From an uncultured virus (IMG/VR IMGVR_UViG_3300021387_000008) (lineage: Duplodnaviria > Heunggongvirae > Uroviricota > Caudoviricetes > Crassvirales), in IMG/VR virus record IMGVR_UViG_3300021387_000008: a stretch of 27,934 nucleotides of DNA. The stretch is one strand, 5' to 3'. Made by a program: the position numbers and the translations under genes. Of this stretch, positions 8,933 through 16,819 are shown piece by piece. The notes under the pieces were generated by a model. It did not search any database. It was not told the origin of the DNA and saw only the letters and a program-made list of their open reading frames with translations. How positions within the stretch are numbered: the first letter of the stretch is position 1; each line of letters starts with the position of its first letter.

Positions 8933-9763
8933 TTAAGATTGATAACCATCATTATCAGGACGAGCATTATTTCTAACAAGCTCTTGTTGATTTTGTTGAG
9001 CATTCTGTTGATTAGCATACAGAGAACCTTGGATAGAAACTCTATAAAGGTCAACTGCATGCTTAAGCATAGGAATTTGAAGTTGCTCAGGAAGATCAGA
9101 ATCTACGTTAGTTCCGCCAATATCAGTTAAATACTTAACTTCATTAGGCTTCTTAATATAAGACATTCTGACATCTTTAACAGTAAGAGAGTCTGCTAAA
9201 GTAGACATACCTGTAGCATCATTCTCACCTAAATAGATTTCCAAAGTACTAGCTTCTACAGAATTATCCTTTGCATATACTACCATAACTGGAGTACGCA
9301 TACGAGGAGAAAGAACCCAATCGTTAAGAACGTCAGCAAGGTAAGCATCATCTATAATACGAATTGGGAACCATCTTGTAGTAGTAGCTGATTGACCATC
9401 ACTATTTTGGTATCTAATAGAGAAATCAACAAAATATAATGCTTTAGCTGTACCAAGCATAGTATCTGAGTCCAATGTAAGAGGAGAATTCTTATAAGAA
9501 TTAACAGTACCTCCATTAGGAACAGTATACGTTTTTACTTTATATAGTGTACGAAGTGCATTAATGTTAGCGAGTTTAGCGTTATCCGTAATGATTCTAT
9601 CGTTAGTTGTTCCGACATTACGATTGACCACCTCATCAATAGTGTCCTTAATAGACGTATTGATGAGAGTGTCAATCTGTTCGGGAAGGATTGCACGAAC
9701 ATTCTGCATACCCATTTGAGTAGCATATTGTCTAAACCATACGTGCATTTCCGCTATTGTCAT
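8933..9763 (-). CDS. Candidate tail ring / head-tail connector protein
   Basis: 276 aa; MT..EM...F start and Y..KP...LPE motif typical of tubular/ring proteins; two genes after MCP. Confidence 0.6.
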   Translation of the reverse strand: MTIAEMHVWFRQYATQMGMQNVRAILPEQIDTLINTSIKDTIDEVVNRNVGTTNDRIITDNAKLANINALRTLYKVKTYTVPNGGTVNSYKNSPLTLDSDTMLGTAKALYFVDFSIRYQNSDGQSATTTRWFPIRIIDDAYLADVLNDWVLSPRMRTPVMVVYAKDNSVEASTLEIYLGENDATGMSTLADSLTVKDVRMSYIKKPNEVKYLTDIGGTNVDSDLPEQLQIPMLKHAVDLYRVSIQGSLYANQQNAQQNQQELVRNNARPDNDGYQS

Positions 9764-9775
9764 AACTCAGAATAT

Positions 9776-10876
9776 TTAGAATAACTTATATTTGTTCTGC
9801 ATTGCTTCCAGTACATTCTTATTATTAGGATTATTGAAATAAGCTACTGCCTCATTCATATTACTACCAATAAATGTACCATCAGCCGTAGAAATCTGTT
9901 GATTGTATTCTGGACGTATAAGCTCACCTCTAGAAATAAGACTTTCGATAAATGCCTTCATTTCAACATTCTTATCCTCAAACAAGTTGTTGAACTTATC
10001 AGGACTTTCATTAAGGAAAGACATAAGAGCAGAAACTTGTTCGTCTGCAGACTTAAGCATAGCTTCACCAACATTGCCGTTATTATTAACAATCATTTGA
10101 ATGTAAACAGCATTACGTTTCTTGTCACTAGCCTCAAGTGCAAGGAAGTTACGCATAGCTTTACGACGTTCATCAACAAGCCTCTTAGCACGCTCTGCTT
10201 CTTTATTTTCATCACGGATATAGAACCTAAGGGAAGCATCTGAATTAATCAAAGAAATATCCTTAGCTACGTCACGATAAAGAATACAATGACGATAAAT
10301 AAGATATTCTTCAATATTTTCTGGGCGACCATATAGATATTTAGTTGATTCGAGTTCATTAATTTCAGTTACCCAAACCTTAATAGCATCCTTAATAGCA
10401 GATGTGTTATTTCTAGCAACAGCATCTCGTTTGGCATTAATCTTATCTTCTTGTTCCTTAATCTTTAAATAATCTTTCTTATGATTATAACGGAAAGAGA
10501 TATTCAGAGGAGTACCCTTCTCGTTAACATTGAAAGAAATATTATTAAGGTAAGCCTTAACATGAGATGTAAATTCTTGATGACTTGGAGATATACCGAT
10601 AAGTTCAGGGAAATAAGCCTCAACTTCACCCTTATTAGACGAAAGAATGCGACTAGAGTTAATAGAACTTCCAATCACAGTCTTACGAGGACCAATGCTA
10701 GCTTTGTTAGCGTTACGATAAGCTGAGAAAAGTTGTACAGGAGCAATAGTCACAGTACGCTTATCAAGATATGGCTCATTAAGTTCGGCTTCTTTAGCAG
10801 CAGTATTCTCAGCTACTGTCTTACCTCCATTAACATTTGCAGGATTTACCTGGGGTGTAGGTTTAATATTATCCAT
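9776..10876 (-). CDS. Crassvirales-type protein downstream of MCP, function unknown
   Basis: 366 aa helical protein directly after MCP. Confidence 0.65.
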   Translation of the reverse strand: MDNIKPTPQVNPANVNGGKTVAENTAAKEAELNEPYLDKRTVTIAPVQLFSAYRNANKASIGPRKTVIGSSINSSRILSSNKGEVEAYFPELIGISPSHQEFTSHVKAYLNNISFNVNEKGTPLNISFRYNHKKDYLKIKEQEDKINAKRDAVARNNTSAIKDAIKVWVTEINELESTKYLYGRPENIEEYLIYRHCILYRDVAKDISLINSDASLRFYIRDENKEAERAKRLVDERRKAMRNFLALEASDKKRNAVYIQMIVNNNGNVGEAMLKSADEQVSALMSFLNESPDKFNNLFEDKNVEMKAFIESLISRGELIRPEYNQQISTADGTFIGSNMNEAVAYFNNPNNKNVLEAMQNKYKLF

Positions 10877-10902
10877 TGTTTAAATCTATTAATTATTTAC
10901 AT

Positions 10903-12378
10903 TTACAGAACACACTTCAACTGCATCATCTTAGTAGCGTTGTTCACTTGCAGACCATAAGAGTTCTTGATTTCGTAAGAGCTCTTATCAACAGTAGTAG
11001 AAATACTATTGTTAGGAACAGCACCCCAAGAAGCAGGAATAGGAGTAAGACCCTTCAGAACACCCTGATGATAAATCTGTCCCTTCTGACGAACCTTACG
11101 AATATTACGAACACCTTCATAAGTACTCATATCAAGCATAAATGCCTGGTGAGAACACATAGGAAGACCAGTACGAGGATGGATGTTACCGTTAGCACGG
11201 TCACTATCAGCAAGAGAACCCTTAGTCAAGAATGACAGAGTCTTCAAAGTAATAGTATGACCATCAACAGTCTTATACTGACGGAAGTACTTACCATAAG
11301 AAAGACCACCTTCAGTTTCCTCAATCATCTTATCACCAAGAGGAGTAAGGAAACCTTCTGACTTAGCATCCTCACGAATCATAAGGTCAAAGTCCTCAAC
11401 AAAGCCCTTACCACAACCAAGAACTACTTCCATAGAACCTGTATCGGTAGATTTATCAAGAACATCACCAATAGTACGATTGAACTTATTAAGAGTAAGA
11501 CGCTCTCCATAAGTATCGTAGTTAGATTCACGACAAATCTGCTGCATACCAGCAGTGTGAGGAATAGGATTACCGTTGTCAGGGTCAATCAGAGGAATAG
11601 TACCATCTTCAAGACGGTTATACTCTGCGAACCAAAGACGTTCCTCATCCATAACACGAATTTGAAGGTCATGCTGACGCATCTCTTCGTTAATCCAAAG
11701 ATTAGTAGTACCACCATTCTTTGTTCTAAACTCATAAGTAACAATAACGTTACTCAGATTACCAGCAATTTCCTTAGAATAACGGTGGAACTCAAGTTGA
11801 GAAGTCATCTTACCAGGTCCCATAACGTTACTACGATTACCCTTAGAATAACTCTCAGGGATAGTAGGAGCGCTAAGAGTCCAATACTTACCAACAGCAA
11901 GCAAGTCTGGGTCTACAAAAGCATTAGGATTAGGACTAGTAATCTGAAGTCTATAGAGATAACCACCATGAGCACCAGGACCAAGGTCTTTCATAATACG
12001 AACCTGAGTCATACCATCGGGTGCAATCAAACCGTACTGCTCAATAAACCAATGAGTAGCAAATTCAACCTCAAACTGAGCACCACCCTTACCAGGAGTA
12101 GTATTTGCAGTGTTGAACCAAAGAACATAGTCATTAAACTTAGTACGACCCATAGTCTTCCAAGTCCACTGAACTGTGTCAATATCAACTGTACCGATAG
12201 AACCCTGACCCTCTGTCAAGAATGTAAGCGGGAATCTATCATCGTCATAACCATAAGTATAAGTCAGAACGTTGTTGATTTCCGCAGCTTTAGTAATGGC
12301 AAGATTAGCAATGGTTTCCTCGTTAGAGTAACCACGGTCATCATAAGTGCCACGTTTTACTTCTCTAAGTCTGTACAT
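10903..12378 (-). CDS. Major capsid protein (crAss-like)
   Basis: 491 aa, strong codon bias, position in terminase-portal-scaffold-MCP order, resembles crAss-like MCPs as recalled. Confidence 0.85.
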   Translation of the reverse strand: MYRLREVKRGTYDDRGYSNEETIANLAITKAAEINNVLTYTYGYDDDRFPLTFLTEGQGSIGTVDIDTVQWTWKTMGRTKFNDYVLWFNTANTTPGKGGAQFEVEFATHWFIEQYGLIAPDGMTQVRIMKDLGPGAHGGYLYRLQITSPNPNAFVDPDLLAVGKYWTLSAPTIPESYSKGNRSNVMGPGKMTSQLEFHRYSKEIAGNLSNVIVTYEFRTKNGGTTNLWINEEMRQHDLQIRVMDEERLWFAEYNRLEDGTIPLIDPDNGNPIPHTAGMQQICRESNYDTYGERLTLNKFNRTIGDVLDKSTDTGSMEVVLGCGKGFVEDFDLMIREDAKSEGFLTPLGDKMIEETEGGLSYGKYFRQYKTVDGHTITLKTLSFLTKGSLADSDRANGNIHPRTGLPMCSHQAFMLDMSTYEGVRNIRKVRQKGQIYHQGVLKGLTPIPASWGAVPNNSISTTVDKSSYEIKNSYGLQVNNATKMMQLKCVL

Positions 12379-12411
12379 AACTTTTAATTAATTATTAAAC
12401 TTTAGTTGTGA

Positions 12412-13731
12412 TTAACCTAGAACAATATCATCAACTGAAGATTTACTAGCAGGCTTAGTTACCTTTACTGTTTTATGAGCACGATTTTCTTTTGATTTAA
12501 GTTTAAGAGTACGAACCTCGTTCTCCTTAATAGCCATAGTAGCTAAATCTTTATACGTACCACCAGTAAACATAAGCCAAGCAGTAATTAGCTCACGAGC
12601 TAAATAATCATCATCAGATTCATTTGCTAGGTCTTTCTGATATCCAGTAATTCTGTTACCATCAGCATCAACTTCAGTTTGCCTACTAAGATAATTATAG
12701 AAGTCTGTAGGTGTTAGAGTTTGCTTTTTACCATCTACTTCTTTAACAAAACTGTCAGGCAGTTTATATCCAGCAATAGTTCTGCCGTTAATAACGTCAT
12801 TAACTTTATTCCAATATGTTTCAATCTCTTGTTGCTCTTGTGCACGAGCAGCATTAGCACGCTGTTCAATCTCAGCTCTAACAGTCTTATCTTTATCCTG
12901 CAAAGCCTTAAGTTGATTTACAGCCTCATCATAAAGACCACCTGTGTCTTTAAGATATTTAATGTAATTGTCATTCAAAGAAGCATTACCAAATTCTCTG
13001 GCTGCCATACGAACTATAGTTTCCTGCTGAGCTGCATTATCTTTATCAATCTGCCAACCAGTTCTATCAGGAAGCTCACCAAAACCACGAGGAGAACCAT
13101 TAACCTGAACATAATCAATAAACTGCTTAAGCAGAGGATTATCAGCATACAACTTATTAACAGCACCTTCGGCTATTTCATTACGCTGTAAATCTACTAC
13201 AGCTTTAACGTAAGCTTGAACACCAGCAGCATCATTCGTAAATTCTACAGGTTTTCCATCTTCTCCAACAATTGTCTGACCGAAAGCATCCTGAATAGTT
13301 TCAAGACTAATGGTATCATCGGTTTCTTCCTGAAGAGATTCAATCCATTCTTTTACGTCTTTAGCTTCTTTAAAGACTTTACCATCTTTGTCAACTAGAT
13401 CACCATTCTCAGCAACAGTGTAGGTTTCACCTTCAAATTCAACATTGTCACCAGCTGCAAGCTCCCCCGTAGAAGAATTGTTTGCATTGTTGTTGTCATT
13501 GTCATTGTTGCTGTTATTAGCATCATTGTTGTTGTTGACATCATCGTTATTAGAATTGTTATTATTAGCGTTATCTTTACTAGTGATATCGCTATTGTTA
13601 CTGTTATTCAAATCAGTAACATCTTGCTGATTATTGTTATTGTTATCAGCATTGTTACGAGAGTTATTGTCAGAATTATCAGAAATCTGATTATTATTCT
13701 GTCCCTCAAAATCAATATCAATTTCTGCCAT
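12412..13731 (-). CDS. Putative scaffolding/assembly protein
   Basis: 439 aa immediately upstream of MCP; Asn/Asp low-complexity N-terminus, coiled coil, short basic C-terminus. Confidence 0.6.
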   Translation of the reverse strand: MAEIDIDFEGQNNNQISDNSDNNSRNNADNNNNNQQDVTDLNNSNNSDITSKDNANNNNSNNDDVNNNNDANNSNNDNDNNNANNSSTGELAAGDNVEFEGETYTVAENGDLVDKDGKVFKEAKDVKEWIESLQEETDDTISLETIQDAFGQTIVGEDGKPVEFTNDAAGVQAYVKAVVDLQRNEIAEGAVNKLYADNPLLKQFIDYVQVNGSPRGFGELPDRTGWQIDKDNAAQQETIVRMAAREFGNASLNDNYIKYLKDTGGLYDEAVNQLKALQDKDKTVRAEIEQRANAARAQEQQEIETYWNKVNDVINGRTIAGYKLPDSFVKEVDGKKQTLTPTDFYNYLSRQTEVDADGNRITGYQKDLANESDDDYLARELITAWLMFTGGTYKDLATMAIKENEVRTLKLKSKENRAHKTVKVTKPASKSSVDDIVLG

Positions 13732-13780
13732 AACTTAAACTTTAGATTTATAATAATTATTACTTTGTTATAAGACGCTA

Positions 13781-13811
13781 CAAATATAATACTTTTATCT
13801 CAATCTGCAAA
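13781..13811 (-). promoter_or_regulatory. Bacteroidota primary-sigma promoter for scaffold-MCP operon
   Basis: Minus strand TTTG (13811-13808), 19-nt spacer, TATATTTG (13788-13781), 50 nt before ATG at 13731. Confidence 0.7.
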
Positions 13812-14080
13812 ATATTTTAAAACTTTTTAATAAATATATGTACCATTGCCACTGATACCACAATTAAATAATGTACGCACGAAATTAATGATGCCAACAA
13901 TTTAAGCACAAACTTTAATAGCTTGAGCAGCAATCAATAATCTTTTCTAAAGGGGTGCAAATACTATCTAAAAATCCTCTATTTGCTATCATAAGTTTGT
14001 CATGTTGTTTAGAAATATGTCGGTCGATAAGTTATTCAGCAAGACTATACAAACCTGCCAAAATGAATTTTCAATCCTAC

Positions 14081-14127
14081 AAATAAATAAAGTGTCCTGA
14101 ATAGTACATTTAATACTACCAGGACAC
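14081..14127 (-). terminator. Intrinsic terminator
   Basis: GTGTCCTG (14092-14099) / CAGGACAC (14120-14127) stem, followed on minus by TTTATTTATTT, just after stop at 14153. Confidence 0.65.
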
Positions 14128-14152
14128 AGAGTAACTTGGGAATGCACTCAAG

Positions 14153-14566
14153 TTAATTTACATTGTTTTCGAAATCAAACATCTTTCTTAAATTTTCTAT
14201 TTCTTTTTCATCAGTTATATTATGTTCTTTAATAACCTTTTGAAGAGCTTCTTTCATATGTTCTTTAAACTTAGCTTTATCTTCTTCACTAAACGTATTA
14301 TAAATACTTTTATAGTCTATCGGCTTATTAAAGAACATTTGTTCAATGACAGCTTTACCCAATAAGTTGGAGAGATTGTTATTTCCTTTTATAAGATTAT
14401 CTCTAAACTTTTTACTATGAACATACCGCCATTTAAATATTTTAAGTTTAAAGGCTACTTTATAATACCGATAAACAGCTTTAATACCACCTGCTTTATA
14501 GTTTAGACCTATATTAAAAAAGAAATTTCCAATCTTCATAAAAATATTACTTTCAAGCGTTTCCAT
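14153..14566 (-). CDS. Hypothetical Lys-rich protein
   Basis: 137-aa ORF co-oriented with neighbours. Confidence 0.6.
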   Translation of the reverse strand: METLESNIFMKIGNFFFNIGLNYKAGGIKAVYRYYKVAFKLKIFKWRYVHSKKFRDNLIKGNNNLSNLLGKAVIEQMFFNKPIDYKSIYNTFSEEDKAKFKEHMKEALQKVIKEHNITDEKEIENLRKMFDFENNVN

Positions 14567-14624
14567 ATTATTTTAATTTTAATTAGTTATACTATAAAAC
14601 AAATCAAGTGCCAAATTTGTTATT

Positions 14625-14726
14625 TTAAGTGTTTGCAAACTTAATCATCTTTTCAATAGTTTCTTCTCTAAGATTAAGATGTTTATCTTTAACGTATTGA
14701 ACAAGACGTTCTTTTAGTTTATTCAT
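14625..14726 (-). CDS. Small hypothetical protein, 33 aa
   Basis: MNKLKERLVQYVKDKHLNLREETIEKMIKFANT*; ATGA-coupled to upstream ORF. Confidence 0.45.
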   Translation of the reverse strand: MNKLKERLVQYVKDKHLNLREETIEKMIKFANT

Positions 14727-14872
14727 ATCTTTAATTTATTAATATATTTATTAACTATTTTATTGCTAACTTCATTTAATGCTTTATTAGCTTCTTCAGA
14801 ACCAAGCAAATCAAGTACGCTTGTAGTAATACCTTTTAATTGTTCTGTTAGTTCAGCTCTAGTTTTAATCAT
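14723..14872 (-). CDS. Small hypothetical protein, 49 aa
   Basis: MIKTRAELTEQLKGITTSVLDLLGSEEANKALNEVSNKIVNKYINKLKI*; starts 12 nt after previous stop. Confidence 0.5.
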   Translation of the reverse strand: MIKTRAELTEQLKGITTSVLDLLGSEEANKALNEVSNKIVNKYINKLKI

Positions 14873-14884
14873 ATTATAAATTAT

Positions 14885-16819
14885 TTAATGATTCCATTTA
14901 CTTGCATTTCTTGCAAAATTAGCTTTCTTAACCATAGCAGGAGAATAAGAGTCTTTATTTCTTAAAACTCTAGAAGCAAATTCTTGAACTCCCATTCCAT
15001 GTTTAGTTGCAGCAGCTGTGAAAGTACCACGCTTAGAAGGAGCAATATGAATAGAACCTCCGTTAGAATACTTATTTCTTATATACATAAAATGACCACC
15101 TCCAGCGCTTGTAGTATTTTGCTTATCGTAATCTCTAAGGTCTTGTGCAGAAATATTCTTTCCATTACGTGTTCTAAGACCTCTATTGTAAGAACCGTTA
15201 TCAAGTTGATAATATCTAACAGGTTTACCTTTATGATTCTTTTGCATAAGTTCAAGTTCTTGAATAACGTGTTCAATACTTCCAGCTACAACTCTAGTTT
15301 CATTTCCTACTTGCAAAAGAACACGACCGCCAGAAACATTACCATAACTTCCATCAAGACTTCTCTTTTTGCTCATTGTAGTAAGAACACCTCTTCCTTT
15401 TTCACCTCTTTTGAGATTTCCGTTTTCATCATAAGTAGACTCGCCATAAATATCAACGACAGGTTGAAAACGACCTGGATTATTTCTATCTTCAACATAT
15501 TGAATGTTTCCGTTAGCATCTCTAGGAACTCCGATAATATCAGAATAATAAACTTGTGTCATAGTGTCTCCAGGACCAAATTTAGATAGAGGACCTATCT
15601 TAAATTTTCCATCTTTATCGTAACCCATAAAATGATTTTGGTGACCTTCACTATCTCTATCTACGGCTTTATAATTTTTACCAGCATAGGTTATTCCTTT
15701 TACATAGTTTTCGTATTTATGAATTGGACGATATGTAGTAAGCGGTGCATTATTAGAATCTAAATCTCTATATTCAAGCCTATTTCTAGAGCCAAATCTC
15801 ATATCATCTGTGATAGGATATGACTCTTGAATATAATATTTATTTCCAGTTCTATCTACAGGTACTCTGTCCCAAGTAAGAGTATCAGTTCCATTTCTAG
15901 TTTCTTTAGCAAAAGCTTCATCCAAAACTTCTTTAGGTGTTTCTTTAGTTGTTTTAAGTTGACGTTTTTGAGTTTTTACTTGTTTGTCATCTACAAAATG
16001 TTTAGCTACACCATTCCAAGCGGTTTGAATAAAATCTCCAATATCACCAGATTCCCTAATAACATCTTTAACATCTTGTATTTTGCTTTCTATAAAATTA
16101 GGAGCATTAAGTTCTTCTATAGATTTTGTACTATTTAATATAGGAGCAACATAAAGACTATTAGCTTGTTCAGGTCTATTGAAATTAGGTTCTTCTAAAG
16201 ATAGTTTAAGCCTATTTTTCTTTTCTCTCTTATGACCTGTAACAACTACTTCTGGAAGTTCATTATTCTTTATGGTATTTGTAAAAGAGGTAGGTATTAT
16301 AATATCTTGTCCTACTTCTATTCTATCAGGATTAGCAATATTATTAAGTTTAACAAGCTCATTATATCTCATTGCATTACCTGTATACTCTCTAGCTATC
16401 TTAGAAAGTGTATCACCTCTTTTGATTTTTCTATGAATACCACCTTCTTTAAATTTATTACGTTTCATTAATAAATCTACAGAAGGAACAAAATATTCTC
16501 CATACCAAGTACCACCTGTAAGACCTTTAGGATTATACTGACTCTTTTTACCACTATATTTACTTTCTTTACTAAAAGTTGGATGATATACAGTTTTAAA
16601 TTCATCAGTCCAATGGTCTACAGCATTACCTTTACCATTAGGATATTTATTATAATATCCTCTATAGTTATATGTATTATCGTTAAGTGCCTGGACAAGA
16701 GCAGCATCAGAACTAGGAAGACCCCAATCTTTATAATTCTGTTCTGCTACTCTTTCCATAATCTGAAGATATTGAGAATCAGATATACCAGCACTCTCTA
16801 AACTTCTTCTTTTAGGCAT
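14885..16819 (-). CDS. Modular LysM-domain protein, candidate virion cargo
   Basis: 644 aa; LysM at residues ~128-176 (IKRGDTLSKIA...LVKLNNIANPDRIEVGQDIIIP); start overlaps portal stop. Confidence 0.75.
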   Translation of the reverse strand: MPKRRSLESAGISDSQYLQIMERVAEQNYKDWGLPSSDAALVQALNDNTYNYRGYYNKYPNGKGNAVDHWTDEFKTVYHPTFSKESKYSGKKSQYNPKGLTGGTWYGEYFVPSVDLLMKRNKFKEGGIHRKIKRGDTLSKIAREYTGNAMRYNELVKLNNIANPDRIEVGQDIIIPTSFTNTIKNNELPEVVVTGHKREKKNRLKLSLEEPNFNRPEQANSLYVAPILNSTKSIEELNAPNFIESKIQDVKDVIRESGDIGDFIQTAWNGVAKHFVDDKQVKTQKRQLKTTKETPKEVLDEAFAKETRNGTDTLTWDRVPVDRTGNKYYIQESYPITDDMRFGSRNRLEYRDLDSNNAPLTTYRPIHKYENYVKGITYAGKNYKAVDRDSEGHQNHFMGYDKDGKFKIGPLSKFGPGDTMTQVYYSDIIGVPRDANGNIQYVEDRNNPGRFQPVVDIYGESTYDENGNLKRGEKGRGVLTTMSKKRSLDGSYGNVSGGRVLLQVGNETRVVAGSIEHVIQELELMQKNHKGKPVRYYQLDNGSYNRGLRTRNGKNISAQDLRDYDKQNTTSAGGGHFMYIRNKYSNGGSIHIAPSKRGTFTAAATKHGMGVQEFASRVLRNKDSYSPAMVKKANFARNASKWNH

